Assembly (NCBI RefSeq): GCF_000016745.1
Contig: NC_009483.1
Location: 870,001-902,000, forward strand
Length of the DNA: 32,000 nucleotides
DNA from: Geotalea uraniireducens Rf4
Lineage (GTDB): Bacteria > Desulfobacterota > Desulfuromonadia > Geobacterales > Geobacteraceae
Direction of reading: 5' to 3'
The number at the start of each line of letters is the position of its first letter. Positions within the stretch are counted from its first letter, which is position 1. This document shows positions 8,110 through 16,758 of the stretch, piece after piece. Made by a program: the position numbers and the translations under genes. The notes under the pieces were generated by a model. The model saw nothing but the letters and a program-made list of their open reading frames with translations. It did no database searches and was not told the origin of the DNA.

Positions 8110-9300
8110 TTACCCAATTGACAACCCGCTTATCATGTGGAGCTTGCTCCATCTCGAATTGAGCCAGCGTTTCAGTAGCGGATCTGTGAGGTTTACAAGG
8201 CCGCTCTCGTCGCTCGCGATATGGTCACCATTCACAAGCGCAAGCAACGATTTTTTAACAGTCGCTGCATTGGTAAGCCTATTGCGCACCATATAATCAC
8301 CCGCCATAGGGTGTCTCGTTGGTTCTGCTGCGAGAGCTTCCAGCAGCGTGCGCGATTGCGGCGTAAGTGAAGCGTAGATTGACATGAATAGAGATGTCTC
8401 TCTAGCCGCCGCAGTATTTATGGCCTCAACGAGATTGTCTTCAGTTGGCGCATTGGGCGCTGTTAATTCATATAGGGCATGTGCGATAGCTGTAACGCTG
8501 TAAGTATGAGCTTCTGCAGTGGCAACAATAATGTCAGCGATATCTCGTGACCATATAGCTCCAGATGCCTCGGCAAGTGCAACCAGATGTGCAGAAAACT
8601 CGTCCGGCTCTATCAATGGCAGTTCTCGTGTAGTAGCGCCACGGTAGAACGCACGCTTTGGCGATTCAAACATATCTCTTAAAAGTTTTCTGCGCGAACC
8701 AATAAATAAATATGACGCTTTGTGATGCTGAATGGTCGAACGCAAAGCAGCCTCGATTTGAGCGCCATCGCCAAGCATTGCCAGGTCTTGAAACTCGTCG
8801 AATATAACAAGAAGTGGCGTCTTGGAATGCGAAGATATGCTGTCGAGTGATGCAACTACTGAAACAAGCCTGTCAAGGCCGCTTTTGGCTAGTCCGGAAG
8901 CAGAAGCGGACACTGAAAAAGAGCCATCAGGGTTCATTGTAATAACCGGGACAAATGCCGTGACCAACCTCGATAGCTTTTTGAATATCTTATCATCAAT
9001 ACTAAGTGAGGCAAAAAGCGCGGTCGCTATACGGTCGGCAGCTGCATCTGCTGACGGAACAGCGCTTAAATCGGCGAAGGTCGCCAGTCCACCCTCAGCG
9101 CGATAGTCCCTGGCCAGCCTCATCGCAAGCGAAGTCTTCCCGGATCTGCGCGGCGCAAGTAGTACATTATTGTTACCTGAGCGCGCTTCCAGCATAAATG
9201 CCGAAAGAAGTTCCTTTTGGTTGCAGAGAGGCTCATCGTCTCCAATTACTGTCTTTGAAAATGGGTTTCTGATTGCGGGCATAAGGCATCCTATCCTCAT
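8110..9300 (-). CDS. AAA-type ATP-binding protein (ATPase_2/Arch_ATPase-like, PF01637-like)
   Basis: This is the only convincing minus-strand gene. Walker A 'LLAPRRSGKTSLAMRLA' and Walker B 'LLVIFDEFQDL'. The start may instead be the internal ATG at 9282 (MPAIRN...). It is AT-richer than its neighbours. Confidence 0.75.
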   Translation of the reverse strand: MRIGCLMPAIRNPFSKTVIGDDEPLCNQKELLSAFMLEARSGNNNVLLAPRRSGKTSLAMRLARDYRAEGGLATFADLSAVPSADAAADRIATALFASLSIDDKIFKKLSRLVTAFVPVITMNPDGSFSVSASASGLAKSGLDRLVSVVASLDSISSHSKTPLLVIFDEFQDLAMLGDGAQIEAALRSTIQHHKASYLFIGSRRKLLRDMFESPKRAFYRGATTRELPLIEPDEFSAHLVALAEASGAIWSRDIADIIVATAEAHTYSVTAIAHALYELTAPNAPTEDNLVEAINTAAARETSLFMSIYASLTPQSRTLLEALAAEPTRHPMAGDYMVRNRLTNAATVKKSLLALVNGDHIASDESGLVNLTDPLLKRWLNSRWSKLHMISGLSIG

Positions 9301-9543
9301 TGAGCTGCCACTGTGGCTGTTTTTGAATACGTAATTGTTCTCATTTAACTACAAGTATATTACTGGTAGTTAAGTGTGTGTGCAAGTGTTTATTTATTTT
9401 GTAGCAGTCGTATGACAGCTTCACCCACACCTCAATCCCCTCTCGTCAAGGGAGGGGAGGAAAAATCACGAAATGAACAGCATTCCAATTTAATAAGCTG
9501 AATAGTTACACAAAATAATCAACTTCCCCATCCTTGTCCGTAA

Positions 9544-9581
9544 TTTCCCCTACAAAAAATCAGTGATTTCCCGGACATACA
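9544..9581 (+). promoter_or_regulatory. Conserved upstream element, copy 2 (see 1..37)
   Basis: 'tttcccctacaaaaaatcagtgatttcccggacataca', ending 83 nt upstream of ATG 9664. About 27 of 37 positions match copy 1 in my manual alignment. Confidence 0.3.
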
Positions 9582-9663
9582 TAAACTTGGTTTTGTTGTA
9601 TTGGTGTGTTCGTATGATTTTGTTTATTGAAGGCGTTCCGGCAGCAAAAAAGGAGATATAACG

Positions 9664-12600
9664 ATGAACAGACGATTAATCGGAATTGTGCTCACCATGA
9701 TGATGTTGGCGCTCTTTTCCCACGGCCAGGCGGTTACAGCAGAGGCGTCCGCATTACCGGATACCGCGACGGTCCCCCAGCCGGTGCTGGTGAAGGACAT
9801 CAATGCCTCGAAACTCGGCAGCTCGTCGAACGCGAACGGCTTCGTCGCGGTGGGGGGTGTTACCTTTTTCAGCGCCAATGACGGGGTGCATGGCCAGGAG
9901 CTCTGGAAGAGCGACGGCACGGAGGCGGGTACGGTGTCGGTCAAAGACATCAACCCCAACGGTGATTCTTATCCACAAAACCTGACCGGCGTGGGCGGCG
10001 TCCTCTATTTCTCTGTCAGCGATCCGGCGAACGGCATTAGCCTCTGGAAGAGCGACGGCACGGATGCGGGTACGGTGCTGGTGAAGGATATCACTTCCAC
10101 CGTTGGTTCGTCACTTAATAGCCTGACCAACGTGGGTGGCGTGCTCTATTTTATGGCCGGCGACGGAGTGAGCGGCTATAGCGTCTGGAAGAGCGACGGC
10201 ACGGCGGCCGGGACGGTGGTGGTGAAGGATGCAGGTCCAATTGCACCGGGAAGTACAGAGTACTTTTTGATCTCAAACCTGACCAACGTGGGCAACGACC
10301 TCTATTTCACGATCAACCACCAGAATACCATCCATATGCTCTGGAAAAGCAACGCAACCGGGACGGAATTGGTGAATAATATCGGTCCGGTTACTCAAAT
10401 CGCAAATTTGACCGACGTGGGCGGCGTCCTCTATTTTGTCACCTATGACCCGGTAAGCAAATATGGGATTTGGAAAAGCGACGGCACTGCGTCCGGTGCG
10501 GTGTCGGTTAAGAATTTCGGTGCCTCTCAACCGTTCTACTTAACCAACGTCAATGGCGTACTGTATTTTAGCGCGTATGACGGGGTGAATGGCCAGGAAC
10601 TCTGGAGAAGCGATCCTACGGCTGGGGCGGTGCTTGTGAAGGACATTAATCCAACAAGCAGCTCGTTACCAAACGACCTGACCAACGTGGGCGGCGTCCT
10701 CTATTTTACCGCCAACGACGGGACGAACGGGACCGCGCTCTGGAAGAGCGACGGCACGGCGAACGGGACAGTGCTGGTGAAGGGTGGCGCCGGTATATCA
10801 AACTTGACCAGCGTGGGCGGCGCCCTCTATTTCGTCGCGAACGGCACGGAGCTCTGGAAGAGCGACGCCACGGCCGGGGCGGTGCTGGTGACCAATTTAG
10901 GTTCAGCCTCAACACTTAGTGTTAATGTATCAAACCTGACCAATGCGGGCGGTGTCCTCTATTTCACCGCCTCCGGCGTAAACGGCATGGAGCCCTGGAA
11001 GAGCGACGGCACGGCTGCCGGGACAATGATGCTGAAGCAAATCTTCTCCGGCACGGGACCTTCGATAGAGCCGAGGAGGGATGTAAATCCGGTGGTCAAC
11101 GTGAACGGCGTCCTCTATTTCACCGCGATCTCTGATCTGGTGGACGGCCTGGGTCTCTGGAAGAGCGACGGCACGACGGCGGGGACAACGCTGGTGAAGG
11201 GTTTCGGTGTAGGTAAAGTGAGTGTCTCAAATCTTACCAACGTGAACGGCGTCCTCTATTTCGTCAATAATGATGTCGGTATCTGGAAGAGCGATGGTAC
11301 GGAGGTGGGTACGGTGCTTGTGAAGGATTTCAATGCAATTGGTCTTACTCCCTCAAACCTGATCGACGTCAACGGAGGCCTCTATTTCAGCACCTACGAC
11401 AGGTCGAACTTCGGTGCTCTCTGGAAAAGCGACGGTACGGATGCGGGGACGATTCAGATGAAGTTGTTTGGTTCTGGTTCCGCTCCCACGAGCTTGACCA
11501 ACGTGGGCGGCGTTCTCTATTTCAGCGCCGGCGAAGGGGCAATGGGCACTGAGCTTTGGAAGAGCGACGGCACGGAGACGGGTACGGTACAGGTGAAGAA
11601 TATCTATACCGGCGACGGCAACAGCTCTAATCCTTCAAACCTGACCAACGTGGGCGGAGTCCTCTATTTCACCGCCACCGACGCAGTGAACGGCACTGCC
11701 CTCTGGAAAAGCGATGGCACGGATGCGGGTACGGTGCTGGTGAAGGTCGTCACTCCTGTCGGAGGTATTCCGGCATTCATGTTTTATTCTTCCGCCAATG
11801 TCAACGGCGTCCTCTATTTTACCGTCTTTGATAAAGGCTACAGCCTCTGGAAGAGTGATGCCGCGTCAGGGGCGGTGTTGGTGACAAATTTTCCAGCCGG
11901 CTCACCCTATAACATTACGAACGTCAACGGCACCCTCTATTTTTTCTATGATAGCATGACCGCCAGCGGCACTGAACTCTGGAAAAGTGACGGCACGGAG
12001 GCCGGGACGGTGGTTGTGAAGACGGTAAATCTGGGCATTAGCAATAAAGTAAAGGGTGACGTGCCCGTTCCCGCGCCCATTCCCGTCAAGGGGTTGGCTA
12101 AGACGGTGGCAATGAGTGGTCCTAGAGTCGGGCCTTCCGCAACCCTGGTTGAGGTCAACGGTGTTCTCTATTTCACCGCCTATGACGCGGCGCACGGCTT
12201 TGAACTCTGGAAGAGCGACGGCACGGCGGACGGCACGGCCATGGTGATGGATATCTTTCCCGGCGCAGGCAGTTCGTACCCCGCAAGCCTGATCAATGTC
12301 AACGGCGCCCTCTTCTTTAACGCGGATGACGGCTTTCATGGCAATGAGCTCTGGGTCTTGAGGATGAATTCCGCAACCGCGCTAGCCACCGGGGCGACCC
12401 CTACGACCTACGGCCAATCCGTGACCTTCACCGCTTCCGTAACCAGCGGGGCCACCGGCACGGTGACCTTCGGCGAAGGCGACACGACCTATTGCGCCGG
12501 CGTTGCCCTGGACAACAGCGGCAAGGCCGCCTGCAGCACAACATCGTTGGGTACAGGGGCGCACACCATAACCGCAACCTACAGCGGCGACGGCCATTAC

Positions 12601-13389
12601 AACGGCTCCAACGCAACCGTCAGCCAGACCGTAAATCAGGCGAGCTCCACCACCACGGTAACCACCGGGATGACCACCTCGACCTACGGCCAATCCGTGA
12701 CCTTTACAGCTTCCGTAACAAGCGGGGCGACCGGCACGGTGACCTTTGCCGAAGGCGCAACGATGTATTGCTCCGCGGTTGTCCTGGACGGAAACGGCAA
12801 GGCAGCGTGCAGCACGACCGCTCTGGGTGCCGGGTCGCACACCATGACCGCAACCTACAGCGGGGACGGCACCTACAAGGGCTCCAACGGAACAGTCGGG
12901 CAAAGCGTAGTCGCTGCGGTCCTGACCGTTACGGCCGACAGCAAATCCAGAAACTACGGCTCTGCCAACCCGACCATGACCGCCACCTATTCCGGCTTCG
13001 TCAACAATGACACCCAGGCAAGCCTGAGCGGCGCCCCGGGCATAACTACCTCGGCAACAACGGTCAGCCCGGCCGGCAACTACCCGATCACCATCACCGT
13101 GGGTACGCTTGCATCGGGCAACTACAGCTTCAATTTCGTCAACGGCATCATGGCGGTCAGTTTATCGGCCGCGGCCAGCGGCGACATTAACAGTGACGGC
13201 AAGGTGGATATCAGCGATGCCCTTATGGCATTGCAGATGGCGATTGGACTGTCCGCCTCCACTCCAACCCAACTGACAGCCGGTGACGTGGCCCCGCTGG
13301 TGAACGGCAAGTCGGCGCCGGACGGAACAATCGACATCGCCGACGCCATGCTGATCCTTGAAAAGGCGGTCGGCCTGCTGAATTGGTAG
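9664..13389 (+). CDS. Secreted ELWxxDGT-repeat protein (about 18 repeats) with 2 Ig-like (Big_3_5-type) domains, an MBG-like domain and a C-terminal dockerin-like module
   Basis: AAGGAG RBS. Signal peptide MNRRLIGIVLTMMMLALFSHGQA. There are 18 units of the form '..LTNVGGVLYF.A.DG..G.ELWKSDGT.AGTVLVKDI'. Two copies of 'TYGQSVTFTASVTSGATGTVTF.EG....C..V.LD..GKAACSTT.LG.G.HT.TATYSGDG.Y.GSN'. MBG-like 'YGSANPTMTATYSGFVNNDT...AGNYPITI...GNYSFNFVNG'. The tail is 'GDINSDGKVDISDALMALQMAIGL...GDVAPLVNGKSAPDGTIDIADAMLILEKAVGLLNW'. Confidence 0.9.
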   Translation: MNRRLIGIVLTMMMLALFSHGQAVTAEASALPDTATVPQPVLVKDINASKLGSSSNANGFVAVGGVTFFSANDGVHGQELWKSDGTEAGTVSVKDINPNGDSYPQNLTGVGGVLYFSVSDPANGISLWKSDGTDAGTVLVKDITSTVGSSLNSLTNVGGVLYFMAGDGVSGYSVWKSDGTAAGTVVVKDAGPIAPGSTEYFLISNLTNVGNDLYFTINHQNTIHMLWKSNATGTELVNNIGPVTQIANLTDVGGVLYFVTYDPVSKYGIWKSDGTASGAVSVKNFGASQPFYLTNVNGVLYFSAYDGVNGQELWRSDPTAGAVLVKDINPTSSSLPNDLTNVGGVLYFTANDGTNGTALWKSDGTANGTVLVKGGAGISNLTSVGGALYFVANGTELWKSDATAGAVLVTNLGSASTLSVNVSNLTNAGGVLYFTASGVNGMEPWKSDGTAAGTMMLKQIFSGTGPSIEPRRDVNPVVNVNGVLYFTAISDLVDGLGLWKSDGTTAGTTLVKGFGVGKVSVSNLTNVNGVLYFVNNDVGIWKSDGTEVGTVLVKDFNAIGLTPSNLIDVNGGLYFSTYDRSNFGALWKSDGTDAGTIQMKLFGSGSAPTSLTNVGGVLYFSAGEGAMGTELWKSDGTETGTVQVKNIYTGDGNSSNPSNLTNVGGVLYFTATDAVNGTALWKSDGTDAGTVLVKVVTPVGGIPAFMFYSSANVNGVLYFTVFDKGYSLWKSDAASGAVLVTNFPAGSPYNITNVNGTLYFFYDSMTASGTELWKSDGTEAGTVVVKTVNLGISNKVKGDVPVPAPIPVKGLAKTVAMSGPRVGPSATLVEVNGVLYFTAYDAAHGFELWKSDGTADGTAMVMDIFPGAGSSYPASLINVNGALFFNADDGFHGNELWVLRMNSATALATGATPTTYGQSVTFTASVTSGATGTVTFGEGDTTYCAGVALDNSGKAACSTTSLGTGAHTITATYSGDGHYNGSNATVSQTVNQASSTTTVTTGMTTSTYGQSVTFTASVTSGATGTVTFAEGATMYCSAVVLDGNGKAACSTTALGAGSHTMTATYSGDGTYKGSNGTVGQSVVAAVLTVTADSKSRNYGSANPTMTATYSGFVNNDTQASLSGAPGITTSATTVSPAGNYPITITVGTLASGNYSFNFVNGIMAVSLSAAASGDINSDGKVDISDALMALQMAIGLSASTPTQLTAGDVAPLVNGKSAPDGTIDIADAMLILEKAVGLLNW
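9886..12365 (+). repeat. Intragenic array of about 18 ELWxxDGT coding repeats, each ~120-165 nt
   Basis: The 21-nt core 'ctctggaagagcgacggcacg', or a close variant, recurs 18 times. Examples are near 9901, 10045, 10186, 10739, 11157, 11701 and 12208. Confidence 0.85.
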
Positions 13390-13429
13390 TGCTAACTGAT
13401 AAGAATCCAAAGACATACGAGGAGATGAT

Positions 13430-14575
13430 ATGAAGAGATTTGTGAGCATTGCATCGTTACTGCTATTAATACTCGTCCTTGCCGGTTGCGGCGAAGATCC
13501 GGCGAATTCCTCCGGCACCAAGGTCACAGGCTTTGCCTCCAAGGGGCCGATCGTGAACGGCGTCATCAAGATATATTCGGTCAAAGACGGCGTAAAAACA
13601 TTTATCAAACAGACCACCACCGACGCCAACGGCAACTACAGCGCCGACCTCGGCGCCTACACCGGACCGATCATAGCCGAGGCGAGCGGCTCCTACCTGG
13701 ACGAAGCCACAGGTTTAACCAAGACCATATCAGCCGACTCACCTCTCCACGCCGCACTGCCGTTGGCACAGGGCACTGTCAATCTGCCGGTAACAGCCCT
13801 CACCGAACTAGCCTTCACCAAGGCAGGGAGCACCCTGAGCGCATCCACAATAAGCGCGGCCAACACCCTTGTCTCCGATCTCTTCAAGGTGGACATCATC
13901 GCCACCTCGCCGGTTGCGCCTACGACTGAAGCTCTTAAAACCGCCACCCAGGCCCAGAAGGACTACACTTTGGCTTTGGCGGCCATTTCCCAGATGGCCA
14001 GCACGTCAGCCGGAACCAGCGACACCGACAAACTGAACAACGCGCTGACGACCACGGGGCAGGGAATATCGTCCACCGGCATGACCACTGCAACGGTTAA
14101 CGCCATCCAGAGCGCCCTGACTGCTTTCGTGAGCAACGCCAACAACAAGACCGGCATCAGCGACACCTCCACCACCAGCCTGGTGAACGTCGGCACCCTG
14201 TCCAAGAGCTATAAGCTGATGCTCCAGGGGACTTTCACCCCCGGCAGCGTTACCGGCATTCAGTTCGATCTGTCTCTCCCGGCCGGTGTCACCCTTAATG
14301 TCGACAATTCCACCTCGGCGGTCCTGGCCAGCAGCCTGGCCCTTTCGGGCGCTGCGCCTTCCGGCGCCCTGCTGTCGGCCCATTACTCGTCCGGCGCGCT
14401 GACCGTCGGCATTATCACCACAAGCAGGTTCAGCACCGGCGAGGTAGCCACGTTGACCTGCAATATCCCGGCTGGAGTGAGCGCGCCCAGCGCCTCCTTA
14501 TTCTCCGCAGCCAACCTCAGGAGCATCGACAAAAACGGCGCCACCGTGGCGGGAATCATGATCACCATCAAGTAA
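13430..14575 (+). CDS. Lipoprotein: N-terminal CarboxypepD_reg-like 'SKGPI' beta-sandwich, helical middle, C-terminal cohesin-like beta-sandwich
   Basis: GAGGAG RBS and ATG 13430, 40 nt after the stop of 9664..13389. Lipobox LVLAGC. 'SKGPIVNGVIKIYSV...TTTDANGNYSADLG.YTGPIIAEASGSYLDEATG'. The C-terminus reads 'VTGIQFDLSLPAGVTLNV...GALTVGIITTSRFSTGEVATLTCNIPAGV...DKNGATVAGIMITIK'. It is a paralog of 26200..27360. Confidence 0.85.
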   Translation: MKRFVSIASLLLLILVLAGCGEDPANSSGTKVTGFASKGPIVNGVIKIYSVKDGVKTFIKQTTTDANGNYSADLGAYTGPIIAEASGSYLDEATGLTKTISADSPLHAALPLAQGTVNLPVTALTELAFTKAGSTLSASTISAANTLVSDLFKVDIIATSPVAPTTEALKTATQAQKDYTLALAAISQMASTSAGTSDTDKLNNALTTTGQGISSTGMTTATVNAIQSALTAFVSNANNKTGISDTSTTSLVNVGTLSKSYKLMLQGTFTPGSVTGIQFDLSLPAGVTLNVDNSTSAVLASSLALSGAAPSGALLSAHYSSGALTVGIITTSRFSTGEVATLTCNIPAGVSAPSASLFSAANLRSIDKNGATVAGIMITIK

Positions 14576-14590
14576 CGGAACACGTAAAAG

Positions 14591-14626
14591 GGGACGGGTT
14601 GCTTTTTCAATAAAGCGGCCTGTCCC
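14591..14626 (+). terminator. Stem-loop downstream of 13430..14575 (candidate terminator, no T-tract)
   Basis: 'gggacgggttgc' pairs with 'gcggcctgtccc' (12 bp including 3 G-U pairs). It is homologous in position and sequence to the hairpin at 27372..27420. Confidence 0.35.
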
Positions 14627-15192
14627 AACTTCATTATCCTGATGAAAGAGAGAGCTGAAAACGTGGCGCGTATAGCCCGAACACGTCAAGGTAAATCAGG
14701 ACTACCAGGCTTACTGCGCGCAGAAGGCTGCCGAATTAATCAATACCTTGAACAATCCGAGTGTCATTGCCCAAAATTGGCAGAAATTGGCGGAGAATCC
14801 GATCAAGTTGGCTAGTGCCAGGGTGAACGGTATGAGCGCCACCTTCGCTGCCGAGGCCATATGAAAGGGAGGAACCGGTCAAAACCGTTCTTTGACTCAA
14901 GACAGGGCATCCCATTGCGAATGCCCTGTCTTGCTGAGGCAAACCCATCCCTATTCAATGAAACACTGGATGAAACTGGTGCTTACAGGCAAGGCATCGC
15001 TCCCCCGCTCATTTGCAGAGATCTGTGGATTGCGAGGCTGACTCGGTCTAGCCGCAAAAAGTTTTAATGATTACAATAAAAACTTGTTTTATTTATTAAA
15101 ATAATTAAAATGGACACCCTGTTCATCGGTTCATTCAGGAGTAACTACATGCCGTTCGTAGAGGATGTGAAATAAGTATCTGGAGGCGGGTT

Positions 15193-15505
15193 ATGCTTCA
15201 AAACATGATCTTCATTGATCACGCAGGGCAGTTGGCAGCGGCAGCTGGTGTGCCGCTGTATAGCTCCGACCTGTATATGCCCCGCCAATGTAGGGGCCGG
15301 CAGCATCTATTTCTGGGGGCAGGAGTTGACCATCCACACCTTGGCGGCGAAAAGGCCCGAGGGGTGCGCCGACAACTGTGAAAGGGCGAAAGCGGTGCGG
15401 CACTGTGTTGCCGATATCATCAGACTGCCGCTCCTGCTTCCCGATGATTTCGATTATCCGGGGATGATCGCCGAGATCGTACGTCTTCGGCGTGAGCGGC
15501 GACCG
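15193..15505 (+). pseudogene. Internally deleted, frameshifted copy of the 17226..18086 gene (N-terminal ~25 codons joined out of frame to the C-terminal ~75 codons)
   Basis: Frame 1 'AGQLAAAAGVPLYSSDLYMP' matches 'SAQLAAALGVPFFSTGLYMP' of 17226. At ~15282 the similarity jumps to frame 2, where 'ANVGAGSIYFWGQELTIHTLAAKRPE...LPLLLPDDFDYPGMIAEIVRLRRER' matches 'ANVRADVIYFWGQELTIHTLAAKKPE...LPLLLPEDFDYPGMVAEVVRRRRER'. The whole methyltransferase-fold core is missing. Confidence 0.6.
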
Positions 15506-16015
15506 GACACCGTCAAGGAAGAAGCCGCCCCGGCGATCACCCTGCGTCCCATAGCCGATGACGACCTGGAATTTCTCTTTCATCTCTACGCTTCAACCCG
15601 CGCCGGAGAGAAAGAGCTTGTCGGATGGAGGGACGAACAGTGGGAAGTGTTCATGCGGATGCAGTTCAATCTCCAGCACAGTCAATACATGCAGAATTAC
15701 GAGCAGCCGTCCTTTGACGTCATCATGCTCGGCGATACTCCTGTTGGCCGGTTGTATGTCAATCGGGGAGAGGATGAGATTCGCATCGTCGATATTTCCC
15801 TGCTCCCCGAGTATCGCGGTCGCGGCATCGGGGCCGATTTGTTGAGGAGCATCCTCCAGGAGGGGGATGACAAAGGGGTCCCGGTGACACCCCACGTGGA
15901 ATGGACCAACCCCGCCCTGGCGCTGTATCAACGGCTCGACTTCCAGGAGGAAGGCTTTGCGGAGGTCTACTGTTTCATGAAGCGGCTCCCTGGGCAGTCA
16001 TTATCCATTCACTGA
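15464..16015 (+). CDS. GNAT family N-acetyltransferase (start uncertain; the reading frame is open from 15215 and continuous with the pseudogene tail)
   Basis: 'ITLRPIADDDLEFLFHLY...VGRLYVNRGEDEIRIVDISLLPEYRGRGIGADLLRSIL...NPALALYQRLDFQEEG' contains the GNAT acetyl-CoA motif (R/Q-x-x-G-x-G/A). The first in-frame ATG is at 15464 (MIAEIV...), and its SD is weak. Confidence 0.6.
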   Translation: MIAEIVRLRRERRPDTVKEEAAPAITLRPIADDDLEFLFHLYASTRAGEKELVGWRDEQWEVFMRMQFNLQHSQYMQNYEQPSFDVIMLGDTPVGRLYVNRGEDEIRIVDISLLPEYRGRGIGADLLRSILQEGDDKGVPVTPHVEWTNPALALYQRLDFQEEGFAEVYCFMKRLPGQSLSIH

Positions 16016-16248
16016 ACGAAACGATCTACCTTTCCGCCGAGCCCGAGCCCGGCGCAATCCGGTCCGGAACCAGGGTGATTTTTTTTGTTTCTCTGCATTT
16101 TTTTACAATCTGTGGGTCATCTGTGGGTAACGCCGCGCTAGGGTTGCTGCCATTATGACAGAACTAACCACGGCAAGCAGCTTCATCGTCCGGGTCTACC
16201 GTGTCGATACGGAAGACCATAACAAGTTTCCGTCCGGAAACTCCTGAG

Positions 16249-16710
16249 ATGTCGTTATCGCCCCACGAGATTGAGAGCCAGGAATTGGGGTGCCGTTATG
16301 CCCATGGTCATACCGTGGTGATGGGGCTCGGCATGGGGTGGGTGGCGATCAACATGGCGCTTAGCCCGGCGGTCAGCAAGGTTACCGTCATCGAACGCGA
16401 CCCCGAGGTGATCGAGCTGTTCGGGCTGTCGCGGGCGCTGCACGGCCTAGCGGCCGAGATCGCGGGCAAAATCCGCATTATCCGGGCCGATGCCCTGGAA
16501 TGGCAGCCGGATGAAGCGGTGGATTTCCTCTATGCCGACATCTGGCGCTGCCTGGAAGAGCCGCAAACCCTGGATGACGTGCGCTGCATGCAGCCAATGT
16601 GCGGGCGGAAAGCATCTATTTCTGGGGACAAGAGTTGGCCATCCAGACTCTGGCTGCGAATAGGCCTGAAGCATGCGCCTCCTCATCTCGGCAAATCGAT
16701 AGTAATTTGA
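16249..16710 (+). pseudogene. 5'-truncated, frameshifted copy of the methyltransferase-fold core of the 17226..18086 gene
   Basis: 'MSLSPHEIESQELGCRYAHGHTVVMGLGMGWVAINMALSPAVSKVTVIERDPEVIELFG...IRIIRADALEWQPDEAVDFLYADIWRCLEEPQTLDDVRCMQ' is near-identical to aa 80-200 of 17226. One G is missing relative to the intact copy ('atgcagccaatg' versus 'atgcaggccaatg'). After that point '..IYFWGQELAIQTLAA' continues in another frame. Confidence 0.6.
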
Positions 16711-16758
16711 GTGGCGCTGCAACATGAAAATAAACATAAAAACATCAAGGAGAACATT

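Noticed and set aside
14736-15067. Small ORFs 14736..14948 (-) and 14861..15067 (+) in the 14.6-15.2 kb spacer.
   Set aside because: They have no RBS, overlap each other across a hairpin, and show no recognisable motifs. They are more likely noise within a decayed junction region.
16155-16247. 30-codon ORF 'MTELTTASSFIVRVYRVDTEDHNKFPSGNS' as a real small gene.
   Set aside because: It is too short, and it ends exactly where homology to the methyltransferase-fold core begins. It is more likely the truncated 5' end of a disrupted gene. I mention it only as part of the scrambled-locus finding.
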